A DNA stretch of 64,000 bases. Source: Acanthaster planci (Eukaryota). The notes beneath the pieces were generated by a model, which saw nothing but the letters and a program-made list of their open reading frames with translations, was not told the origin of the DNA and searched no databases. Below, in pieces: positions 51,901-64,000 of the stretch (position 1 is its first letter; the number at the start of each line of letters is the position of its first letter). The position numbers and the translations under genes are program-made. Where the stretch lies: contig NW_019091359.1 in the NCBI RefSeq assembly GCF_001949145.1, positions 3,832,460 to 3,896,459 on the forward strand, in the 5' to 3' direction.

Positions 51901-52964
51901 TATCCACTCACTGTATTTCTTCTCCCTATTCAGTTGTGAAAAATAGATCAGTGCCTGAGGGCCACAGATAGAATCATTTCTGACTGTCCCTTTGGAAGGT
52001 TATTTCTTTACCATGGCCTCTGGCATAAGAGGTTAATCTTAGGAATAGATCACTGGCATTGGCCTACACAGTACAAGTTATTTACACTTCCATGGAGGCA
52101 GTCCGGCAAAATTCAATCAGTCATGTTTTTTATTTTGCAGACCTGTATACAGGATTCCTTTCAAATTTTCACATTTGACACAATAAAACTGTAACTTCTT
52201 AATGTCTCCTCTCTACAGGTTTCTTCAAGCTTACATGTACATGTACAAGCTACCGGGTACAATGCCTAAGACCCCTTTAAGAAATCCTGTAATTAATTAC
52301 CAGAATAAACTGGAGCACATGTACATACTGGATATGTGCATGTACGTATGCTGTCGTATGAATGAGTTGTGGCCCCATATGCTTGGAATACACTGTACAT
52401 GTATTCCTTGGCCAAGTCTCTGGAGGTGCTAGGCTGCTTTCTGTACAAGTGCATCCAGTCCAAATGATCCAAATCCAGTTACTGGCTAGCATAGCAGTAG
52501 GATTTCCAATTATGTGTGGTTATTAGCCTGGCTGTCATACTGATACAGGTACGTTATTGACAGTGCCGTTTGTCATCAGTGTACTTTTTTGTTCGTCTGG
52601 AGATGAATATGACAGACTGTTAGTGACTTCTGATTGATGTTTGAATCACATATTTGTAGGTGTGTACATGTACATGTGTAAGCCCTGTACATTCGTCATG
52701 TACAAAAGGAAACTATCAATATCACATTACATGTACAGTGGACAAGAACATGGTAAAGTGTGACGTGAGTTCTTTACAATATCACTGTGTACACAAATGT
52801 ACAATGTACCTGTAGAACGCAGTGCCAGTGTGGGGAAATCTTGTGACAGTGAATTGCTGTCAGTCAAACTTATCAAATTCCAAGGTTGCATGCATGCACA
52901 AAGAAAACTCTTCATAACCTGTCACAGTATATGTGTACAATGTACAGTACAAATACATGTACGT

Positions 52965-53443
52965 CAGGCCTCAACATTAAGTTTTTTAACTACATGTACT
53001 TGTCCATTGGGCAAGTAGCATTGAAAATTTACTTGCCCAAGGTAAGATTTGATTTGCCCAAACCCTGGTTTAGTTGCTCATTGCTTCCTCAGAGAGTTCC
53101 TTCCTTCAACCAGTCACCATTGATGAAATTGCTATGCCAACCACTTGACATGAATGTACACATCACTCCCAATGGGACTCTGATGCATTATACATACATG
53201 TAAAAGTCCAGGCAACGGCTCTGTCTTTACCACTTTACGATTTTGCCTGGTGTCATACATGTATATGCAAAAAGTGCACACACAAGTACCAGGGAAAATT
53301 CACTAATTTTGAAGTCACAGCCACATGTAAAACAGTCTTCGAACTTCCGGCCTTCAAAGGGCAATTTGTCCTTAATATTTACTTGCCCAAAAGAAGAGAT
53401 TACTTGTCCCTGGCAATTGGACAACTGTTAATGTCGAGGCCTG
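52965..53443. mobile_element. hAT-type MITE (479 bp)
   Basis: TIRs CAGGCCTCAACATTAA and TTAATGTCGAGGCCTG match at 15/16. The 8-bp TSD reads ATGTACGT / ATGTACAT. ACTTGCCC/ACTTGTCC subterminal repeats are present. Confidence 0.85.
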
Positions 53444-55825
53444 ATGTACATGTATGTACATGTACATGTACAGTGTTTGCAGGGGCATATTTCACATCAC
53501 TGCCAATCCATTCACATTTATGAAAAGCTGCTGATGTGAATAGCATCCAAAACTCTTATTTGAATACAGTGTCAGTGTCAAGATCTCGGATTATGTACCG
53601 CAGCCAGATGTGATTATCTATAACATACATGTACATTACATGAAAGTACGTTATGTATGTGTACGTACATGTATTTGTTCTGGTACATGTACAAGTACTG
53701 ATACACATACCGTACGAGTACGTACATGTACCTTAAGTTAACAGCTCTCCATTGAAGAGCCATCAGACTCCAAGTTCCTCTAAAAGAATCCACTTGCTTG
53801 AGCAATACTGTATATGACAAGCCATGGGGAATATTTTCTAATTTAATGAAATTCTCTTCTACTTCTTGCTTTCCTCCTGCTGGCATGCTTTCTTGGCTCA
53901 CCATATGCTGTCACCTGAAACACGTCCTACCTCACAGCATTTGGAGAATTCCCAAAGATTTTTAATATTGATACAGATAGCTCTAAGGGATTTGACAACA
54001 GTCCCCTACCTGCACTTACCATAAACATGTACTACATTAATTATTGATAATACCGGTAGTTTCAATTTTCAATCTCTCTCTTTTTCAACATGCCTTCAGC
54101 ATTTTTTCTGATGTGTTGTGTTTTGCAGGAACTTTGTGTTGAGATTTGAAATTGTATTCTCTTTATCAAATTGTTTACGTTCAAATTGAGTGTGTACATG
54201 TACAGACACATGTAGAATTTCTTACCAATAGCGATGACATGTCTGCTACATGTACGTTGTACGAAAATGTGTAGCACTTGTATGCAAGTGTACATATACG
54301 TGTAATTTGAAAGACAAAGGTATCAAGTACATTGTATAAAAAACAAAAATTGTATGGCTCAGTTGCATGTGCTGGTACATTTACAAACATGTGCAACGGT
54401 AGTTCCAAATTGTTAGAACAATGTGAATAAAATATCAAATTTATGTTGATCCTGCCTGTTGTGGGCTGAACTGTAGTGTTACTGATTAACAGGTGTTTAT
54501 ATCAGTTGTGAAGATCCATTATCCAGTAGCATTACATGTACATGGGATACGACTTTCCCAATTCTTGGTCTATGGCATTGTTTAGGTATTCATTACCAAA
54601 GTGCACTCAAGGAGAGTGCATTACTGACAAAGTGAAATTGTACCCGGTACATGTAGCCTTACCACTGATGGCTGTGAAATCATCAGGAATATTCTCAATG
54701 ATATGGTGAGCAGAATAGTAACCTGGTACTGGATTACATTACATGTACAGTATCTAGTGGTGCAGGATGGACTAATGCACAAATTGGCAAATTTTTGGCT
54801 AAGGACATGTGCCATGATACATACTTCTGAAGTACAGTGCCTGTAAAATACGGCATACTGTGATTCCATGAATCTACTGGCATTTTGACATTGCTGAAGA
54901 TGATGGTGTGTGACATTGAAAGAATGTACATGTATGTGTACATGCTAACGGTATCTAAAATTGATAAGATGAAATTCTTGCATGTCTGATAAAGTTGTCA
55001 ACAGGCGGTACTTGTAGTAGTTTGATGAGATAAAACTGTTGCATGTCTGACGAAGTTGTAGATCCCCAATACATGTATCGGTACCAGAACGATGCCCCTG
55101 CACTGTGTACATTACTTTTCTGCAGTATGTACATGTACATGTATGAACATGTACCACGGTGCCATTATGAGACTGTCTGGAAAGTTTAGACTGTACATGT
55201 GCAGTGTACAGTACAGTACCATACCGGTACATGCACACATTGTACATGTACATACTGTGCATGGTTCATGTATCGGTACATATACTAACATGTATACATG
55301 TACATGTACAATACATGTACATCTACCGGTGCACGTACATTTATTTTGTACACGTGTGCACTTGTATTGGTACACTGTACATCCACAAGTACCTGGCAAA
55401 AGTTTGGTTTTCTTACATTCGTGGGTTACTTTTTCTCCTTTGAAAATAGAAGAGTTTATTTACTGGTACAAGGTGCATACCGGTACATGTACATTGTGTA
55501 CACAGCCCAAGTTGAAGGATGCAGATCCTCTTCATCAAGAGTCTACATTGAGACATGTTGGTACTTGTAGGCATACATGTACTGTGTTGTGAATTTCTCT
55601 GCAGTGCAATTGTCTTTAATTTTTCTTGGGGGGGAGGGAGAGTTTGCTCAATTTAAATGAGATCATTTGTTTGATGTTCCAAAGTTACACTGCTACCTTT
55701 ATTTTAAACATGCCTACCTGTACACGGTACAGTGTGCCGACTGCCAATTTTTTTTTTACTGTCAGTGTATTTTTGAGAATTTAAGTGGTTTTGGAACTTT
55801 TTCCTTGCCCTTTTTCTGTGTGCAG

Positions 55826-55920
55826 TCCAAACTGTTGGCTGGGGACCTCCTTGACCTTGTTGTCTCCTACTTCAGTCTGAAAGAGAAGGAATACTTTGGC
55901 CTTGCCTGTGCTGATGAAAT
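55826..55920 (+). CDS. FRMD4: FRMD4 coding exon (FERM N-lobe)
   Basis: SKLLAGDLLDLVVSYFSLKEKEYFGLACADE resembles FRMD4 PKLLAKELLDLVASHFNLKEKEYFGIAFTDE. Acceptor tgtgcag| and donor AT|GTAAGT, phase 2. Confidence 0.94.
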
Positions 55921-58055
55921 GTAAGTACAAGTTTGTACATGTGGAGAAGACACACATCATGTTTAGAATGGAATCAATTACATGTAAATTGGAACTGATA
56001 GTATTTTCATATTCTGTTATATTGAATACGGTGTATACCAGTACACTGGTACATGTGTATCGTGAGTAATTTTAGTATGAACAGGAAAATGTAATGTACA
56101 TGTACATACTAGAGCGTGTATAGTCAGGAAAATTGGAGGATTGATTTTTTGTTTTCTTGGCTGAAATTGAGAACCCTTTTGACAGTCTTGATCAGTCTTG
56201 TGGTTTGAGACAGATAATTAAAACTTTTGGTTTGAGACAACTAGATCATTATTGGTGTAAACTGATACGTTGTGTCTATCACTGATTCTGATTTTCTGAG
56301 ACCTTGGCTACATGTGCAGGTACATGTACTGTACATGTACATACATGTACAATGTATAAATGCACCTTTATGTGTGAGAAATCAGTTTCATGTGTTCAGT
56401 CCTATCTCGTATAAACTACATATTTTCCAGTATGTACATGTATATGTACACTTCAATATATCAAACACTTGCAAAGACTTCATTCAGATGTACATGTACA
56501 TGTACTGTACCATACACACAATGTGCATGTACATGTACATACATATCGGTACATGTACATGTACATGTATAGTGATTAGTGGCTATAGTTTTGTATATGC
56601 AAGTGACTATAAATTCTCAGTTTTACTGGTAAATCTATGATAAAAACCAGCTATAGAAATGTACATGTACCTACTGGATCACACGTGTTCGTGTACATGT
56701 ATATAGCACAGAAAGGTACCGGTACATGCATGATTATAGTGTGTTAGTGCTCAGTTGCATTGAAATTCACCAAGTAAAAACAAGGAAAAAGTAAGGTTTA
56801 AGCAGTTGTACTGTAATTTGTGTAAAGTGTAAACTAATACCTCTTTCAGTATGCTAGACTTCACCTGTACATGAAGCCAGACAATTACAGTGCCAACTGC
56901 TCTCAGTAACTTGAGGAATAAATGCATGTCATCTAAATAAATGAGAATATAATGTTACTCTCCTTATTCACTTGGCCGAAGGCAATACGAGCAAAAGGGT
57001 GCATATTTTCTGAGAGTCCTCAGCAAGACCTGGTTCAATTTAGAAGAATCTGATTCGCTGAGGTTAGACATCTGGTGTTTAAGCTTTAACATTTAGATGT
57101 TTGTTCCAAAATTGTTGATTAAAGGAAGGGTGCAAATGAACATTGCTGACAACTTGTCATTCATGGGGATCAACTGTGCTGAGTATGTGTGCATGTACAT
57201 GTACCGTACATTGATTGAAGTGACTCTGCTCTCGATTAGTTTAATATTTTTGACTTGCTTTACATGTACATGTAGTTCTGTTACTGGTAGCCCAACTTTA
57301 ATTTTGGTACTGTAGCTTGTGTTTCATCTCAAAATAGAAACTTTTTTGTTTGAAAATTCTTTTTTGAAGTACCGATGCATGTATACATGTACATTGTACA
57401 TGTAGGCGTACATGTACCGGTACATGTACATGTATGTACCTGCAGCATTCTGAATTTCTGATACCAGTGATATTGAAACGTACATGTATTTTCAGGAAAC
57501 CTAGACAAAGTTGTGCAAAAACTTACATGCAAGTGATTGCTTTCATAATTGGCTCAAAATAGTGTCCATTTCAAAACAAAATAAAGAAAACTGTTCATAA
57601 TTCCTATCAAACGCCATAAGTTGTGTGTACATTTGTGTACAGTTCTTGTGTATAAACAGCTTTGCTGTTTTAATTGGAACAAAACCTGTTTAAGGCTCAA
57701 GTATGGTATCACACAGGACATGTAAGCTACACTACCGCTACATGTAAATCATTTTCCTGTTATATTATCATTGCCATATTATCCAATTCCCCCCTCCAGC
57801 TGTGAAAGAATTACATGTACCGGAAGTTGTTACTGAAGAATCAATATTTTGTCAAATTAATTTCATGGACCAGTACTGGAATGGGTCAACATATTTTGAA
57901 CTTTTTGGAGATACATGTACGTACATGTACCGGTACTTGTTGGTATATGTACTGTATCATACCGGTATGTGCATGTAAGGGCTACGATATGTATTTGTTT
58001 AAGCTGATTTTGGAGTAAAAGGGTTGAAGCTACATACATTGTAGATACATGTACA

Positions 58056-58216
58056 NNNNNNNNNNNNNNNNNNNNNNNNNNNNNNNNNNNNNNNNNNNNN
58101 NNNNNNNNNNNNNNNNNNNNNNNNNNNNNNNNNNNNNNNNNNNNNNNNNNNNNNNNNNNNNNNNNNNNNNNNNNNNNNNNNNNNNNNNNNNNNNNNNNNN
58201 NNNNNNNNNNNNNNNN
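58056..58216. other. Assembly gap (161 N) inside a TACATGTA tract
   Basis: Run of Ns flanked by CATGTACA and TGTACA. Confidence 0.99.
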
Positions 58217-61200
58217 TGTACAGTGTACCAGTAGAGACTGATAGATGGGGAGGAATGCAATCTCAAGAAAACTCCTGTACAACCCATAAGAATTACACAT
58301 CAGTTGAGGCAAAATTTTACATACACCTGGTGGAACAAAAATAGTTTTCCTCGAATTTCACAACTTCACTCATTTCAGGAGGACAAACAAAATGGGTCTC
58401 TACTTAATGTACAGGGTATGCTGCATATGCATCATAGAAAACTCCCAGAGACACATGATTCATATTTATATTACAAGAAATCAAACTTTTACATGTACAT
58501 GTATACATGTACTCCAACCCTGATATTAAGTGCCACTTTCTGTATTTTTTGTCACATGTCATAGTCGCAGTGGACCACTTTCTGAAGTGTTATTAAATGA
58601 CAATAAGGGGGTAGATGTAAATTTTCACTAAATGATTTTTCAGAAATATTAATATTTTGAACTATAATACCCGATAAATGTCTCTGAGTATTGAGAAATA
58701 CACACTATGAACATTAACTTGAGATACAGTTTGTCTGACGTCACACAGAAAAGTAGGCAAAATTATTTCAAACAGCGAACGATTGAGGAAAACCTTTTTT
58801 CTCCCAAGTTTTTGTACTGGTACACTTTTTGCCCCAACTGTATACATGTACATAAAGATCGTCATTATCCCAAACTCAGCATTAAAAATACCGGTGCAAA
58901 TCTGCAAGTATTACACTTGCATTTTTGTTTTTTTATTGTCTCTGAACTAGTATTTTGCTTCCATAGGGATAGTAAGGAAGTGTACATGTATGTTAATACT
59001 GTACATGTACATGTATGGTACATGTACCTGTACGGTATTAACACCTGTAAAAGCCTTTCTTCCAACCCGGTAACTGCTTTTTAAAATCTTAACAATGCAG
59101 TGATCGTCATGAAGTCATCCAGTCACCACTGATACTTGACCATATTGCTCATCAGTGATTTTGTCCCATGTGTCATTGAGCCTGTACATGACTCAGACTG
59201 CTTAGGCCTGCTTCACTGGTCACTAATCTGAAGCCTGGCAGTCCGTCCTTGTTTATATTTGGCCACCGGACTCCCCTTCCTCCTCATTGCCACTTCTGTT
59301 TCCTTAGAGTTATTCCGAATGGCTATTTACATGTACATCTTCACAAGTTTCAGGACATCAATCAGTTTCAGCATCTCATTTACACAAGCAGTTGCTCTGC
59401 CAACCGGTATATCGTATGGGACTATGGTACTTGTAGCTGAAGAGAACAGAGGGTCTTGATGATTTGTGGTCTCATCTGTTTGATCGTGGTTGGATGGAGA
59501 AGCCATTCTCGTTTAACTGAACAGTCCACAGACTGTTTGCTTATTTTTTACTGCCTTGAAGTTCCTAAATCAAAATTGGAACTCACATGTTGTGCCAAGT
59601 ACACGTAAAAATGCCAAGAATTGCCTCAACTGTTAATTTTGTGATTTGAAAAAATCTTTTAAAACTCATATCGTATTTTGTCAGATTTCTTTGAAAAGAA
59701 TACATGTAGGTACCGTAAAACAAAATATTTTTCCTTAAAACAAATACATTTTTCTGGAAACTATCAAAATACATAAATGCCACAACCCTTGAATTAAGAA
59801 TTATTATTTGAGTAATTTTTTTTGCCCAGTGCATACTGGTAGTTGGTTTTCATAAATGTTAATATTGAAGGTCAAAGGATTACTTGCAATTATCCCAAAA
59901 CAAACTTCATGAGTACAGTACAATATGTACAAGTTTACAAATTATACAATGTCATATTGTATCATTTGCTTAGACTTGAAACATCCTTTGAAATTGATGT
60001 AACCTTAACCCTTTAATAGGTTTACTTTAATATGCCATTGTCACTGGAATGAGAAAAATGGCAAATGAGAACAATTGACAGGGATACGGTTTTGTTTGCA
60101 TTTAAACATTTGATATTCTTGAGACTTGTACATGTACATTTGATATTCTTGTTTATTTAAAACATGTTTGTTTGATGTCTGCTTCTGAACACTCTAATAT
60201 AAGAACAGAGGACATGCAAGAAAGGGATGTGACATGATCTGCCCGTCTTGCTCGTAAAACTACCGGTATCATTTTGAAAAGTACCAATATGGGCAAAACA
60301 ATGAGCGAAGCTAAGGATGGCAGCGCATTCAGTGCGCATTACACACAACGCACTTACTGGTACTTTGCCTGTATTTGTTTACATGTGCTCCCAAAATACG
60401 TTCGCTCTTTTGGTCTTTGGTACTGCTATCTCTCTTCCTTCAAATGTTGCAACCACATTGTTTCAAATCCCTAAGGGCCAGATAAAGTAAATAGAGGATT
60501 TTTTACAATCAAAAAATGGCTTTGTTGACTTTTAGGGATGGAATTCTTCAACTGTGGGTAAATTCCTTATATTGAGGGGTGAATTTGCCCATAGTTTTGA
60601 TTTAGTCGGGCGCTGTGGAGATCATGAAAACTCCCTGTGGTTTTGAATAGGACCTGGCAGTCTACTCGTGTGTGTCTGTGGACATGATTCACAGTTAGAA
60701 GTGAGCCCTCTGTTGTTAAAGTCAAGTCTGATTTGCTATTATCTCTGTTAACCGTACATGTACATGTATTGGTACATGTAGTAATTACTGTGTACTTGTA
60801 TGGTGCCCTCTGTTGACAGTGCCACATTCGAAAGTTATTAAATAATCATGTACCACTATGTAGTGTACGTGTACATGTATGTGTACTGTACAGTATATTT
60901 GTACACATACCTGTACGTACACTATCCCTACAGGGTACCGGGTACATTTTACATGTGTACGGGTACTAGTACCTGAGTGTGTTTCACCTGAACTACATGT
61001 ATTCCTCCATGCCTGAACCATCTGCCTTGTTTATTATTTTGATAGTTGTTTTCCAGGTACATGTACATTGTACATGCCATTAGCATACATGTACATACAT
61101 GTAAACTTGTTTGTACATGTACACATATACTGGCACATGTACTGTGAAGGTGAAATTTTTTATATTTTTCCAACAGTTTTTACATTGTACATGTACATGT

Positions 61201-62273
61201 ACATGTACCATACTGGAGTACAGTGCATTTACATACCGGTACAGTGCATCCACGAATAAAACAGAACATTTACGGTACATGTAATTGTACATGTATGAGC
61301 CACGGTGCACAGGCGGCAGCTTTTGCACGTAGATGTACATACGGTACATGTATACCATACTCTTTTTATTTAAATGCAAGATTTTGTGAGGTGTTTCATC
61401 TATTCTTTATGGTATTTCCCCAGATGACTACGGTAGACTTAGTGTGCTTTGATTTCTGAGTAAATGTCAAACAGTTTCTATTCAATCATGATCAATATGT
61501 AGGCCTGGTATCCTGCCCTGTGTTTAGCATATTTTAGCAAAGCCATGGTTACACTGTGTATGTATGCTGGCTGAGTCCGTATGGTGCAGCTGTTGTGTTG
61601 TTTTAGGTGTTTTGTGCCTCGCATGCTATACCCTTGTATTGTGTGTGTATAATATTAGATTCAATGCTCACATTTCCTAACTTGTAAAGGTTATTTGTGC
61701 AAGATGATCTTTTGAAGGTTTAAATTACCTACATGTACATGTACTGGTAGTGGTACGGTACATGTATATTCCGATATGTACGTGTACTGGTAGGCCTATC
61801 ATATTTTCCAGAAAGATGAAACAATTTTTATAGAATGAGAATAGTACCGGTTCGCCTATATTTATTTCTACAAACCAGCAACTCGACAGATATTTAAAAT
61901 ACATTGTATATACTTTTTTCACAAGCTCAACACTCAACAGAAGTCTATACATATGTAGCAAGGTATGAGATGGAGAGAACCCCCCCTGCTTTGTGTTGGT
62001 CATTGTCTCGCAGGAATCTGGGGAATTCCTTTCAGACATCTTGGGGGGGGGGATGTGTTAAGTAACAATAGTCTGGAATGTGTATAGGGATTGGACATGT
62101 TGGGGGGTACCCCTCGGTCTCATTTCTTGCTAGGTATAAAAGTCATAGAGGCAGCCATTGCATGCACAGGTACATGTACTGTATGAGCTCTTACATCATA
62201 CATGTACTGCACTTTGTACCTGTAAATGTTCCTTTTAACAAAAATTTAAGCATTGTTGTTTCTCTTATTTCAG

Positions 62274-62451
62274 AGGTCATTACAACTGGTTACAGCTTGA
62301 CCGCAAGGTTCTAGACCACGAGTTCCTGCCAAGAACCGGAACCCTCATCCTTTACTTTCAAGTTCAGTTCTTTTGTGAGAGTATAGCACATCTCAGGGAT
62401 AGCATCACTATTGAACTATTTTATCTTCAGGCAAAGAATTCTATCTTCAAG
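62274..62451 (+). CDS. FRMD4: FRMD4 coding exon (FERM N-lobe to central lobe); gene continues beyond window
   Basis: GHYNWLQLDRKVLDHEFLPRTGTLILYFQVQFFCESIAHLRDSITIELFYLQAKNSIFK resembles FRMD4 GHLNWLQLDRRVLEHDF...TIELFFLNAKSCIYK. Acceptor tttcag| (phase 2) and donor AAG|GTGAGT. Confidence 0.95.
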
Positions 62452-64000
62452 GTGAGTGCATGTTTGTTAATGCATGCGTGATTTACTTTTTCTTCAACTT
62501 TAGTCCACTATTAGGCTTTGTTGTAGGTACATGTACATGTAATAAAGGGATTCTGGATTCTGGAGACCAACCTCAAGCTTTACATGAGGATATGCCCCAG
62601 TGTTTTGCAGTGTACCGGTACATTGTACCTGTGCCTGTATTGACAGTGAATACATGTACATGTAGTACATTTACAGTGTACATTTGTACTTGTTCCAAAC
62701 CTGGAAAATTGACTTCAAAATGACAACTTGGTATTCCTGTACAGTTTATAAACATTTTTGCTTCAAAGAAAAGCAGGATGTTCAGCTATTTACATGTGTA
62801 TACATGACATGTACTGTAAGATACAGGTACCATACTTAACCTACATGTACATGTAAGGCACTAAATTCAGTAATAATACTCTGTACCCAGAGCTGTCTAA
62901 AAACAGTATTGACATTGTACCGGTACGTGTAAAACCATGGGGAAGGGGGGAGGTTGAGGTCTTCAAATGTCAAGACAAGAATGACAGCAAATTACACACA
63001 AATAACAGATGTCTTCAACACTTTCAGATGTGAAAATAAAAGCACATAACCACTGATACATGTGCATTTAAGAAAATAATAAGGTCTACATATACCGGTA
63101 CATTGAAAAACAGCAAGAAATTCAAAAGAGAAAGAAAAACAAATCTGAATACATGTATAAAGGGTGAAAGAAGGAAACACAGAGAAAACCCTATATTAAG
63201 TTCTCTGTTCCCTGTATGAAGTTCCCTCTACATGCATGTATAATGTTCCATGTTCCCGATAATAAAGTTTACTGTACAAGATTCCTTGTAGAAAGTTCTT
63301 TATTGAAAGTTTGGACTTTTGCTTTCTTGGTAACGATTCATTGTACCATGAAGGAAGGAAAAGATGTACCGATACCCTTGTTGAAATTGTTAAATGTGAA
63401 TATCTGCAAACTTACATGTAGTGGAAAAAAAACATTCATTTTACATTATTACAAATGAGAGTATGGACTCTAGAGAATTTGTGCTGTGTCCAATCCAGCA
63501 CTACATGTACATGTATGTGTATGCAACCTTTGTCCAAGAAAAAAACCCATGCATATCAAAAGCATTGAAACCTTGAATAAAGCCAGTACCACTGCATGTG
63601 TATTGTGCTTGCACCTTATTATTTAGTGAGTAAATATTGGGTAAAAGAAATTGGAATTTTCTGGTTGTTTGGTCAAACGCTGGGAACAAATTGAAACATT
63701 CTTGGTTTGGGAAAGAAAGCAAACTTTGTATGGGCAGAGAGAGCCCACACAATGCAATATGAGACAGAACTCACATGTGTACATGCACAATGAATTCTGT
63801 AATAAGGCCCAGCAGCATTAAAAAGTGAATGTCCTCTAAGCTTTTTTTTGAAGCCTGTGTGTAACCCAAGGCAAGATGGATTTCTGAGACTGATTTATTG
63901 ATACAAGGCAGACAACTTTTTCTAAAACAAATGCTTGTCAGAATTTTGGCCCAGAGAAGTTGAGAGGACATGGGAACACAGATTTTGGGTATGCTTTGAC

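Larger units (their letters stand above)
49680..61400. repeat. Dense dispersed TACATG/TACCGG/TACAG-type short palindromic repeats in FRMD4 introns (also throughout VGLL4 introns)
   Basis: Concatemers such as GTACATGTACATGTACATGTA and GTACCGGTAC at 49710-50070, 51080-51365, 55125-55385, 56325-56570 and 60765-61350. Confidence 0.9.

Noticed and set aside
48369..61459. Many 60-190 aa ORFs rich in MYMY / CTCT / VHVH
   Set aside because: They are translations of (TACATG)n repeats, which lack stops in all frames; they are intronic and non-coding

Overview
This is an AT-rich animal genomic window with spliceosomal introns, probably from an invertebrate deuterostome (inference). It holds two head-to-head protein-coding genes. 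(1) A complete VGLL4/Tgi (vestigial-like 4, TEAD cofactor) gene lies on the minus strand, with 4 coding exons: 34186-34120, 14233-14020, 10946-10639 and 9631-9378. The phases match and give 843 nt / 280 aa, with the METPLDVLSRAA start, the RPSVITCA motif and two TDU motifs. It appears to have a long 3'UTR rich in Pumilio sites. (2) The 5' part of a FRMD4-family FERM-domain gene lies on the plus strand, with coding exons 47343-47408, 55826-55920 and 62274-62451; the gene runs off the window. Between the genes is a CpG-rich ~7 kb divergent promoter region carrying clustered TEAD (CATTCC) motifs and several inverted repeats. The introns carry an L2/CR1-type LINE 3' fragment, several hAT, TA-flanked and piggyBac-like MITEs with recognisable TIRs/TSDs, a SINE fragment and minisatellites. 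They also carry a very high density of short TA-flanked palindromes (TACATGTA, TACCGGTA, TAGGCCTA) that resemble DNA-transposon excision footprints and are zoned by region. Nearly all ORFs in the supplied track are spurious. I found no novel enzymatic or defence system. The best leads are the footprint-like motif landscape and a possible Hippo/TEAD-linked divergent gene pair.
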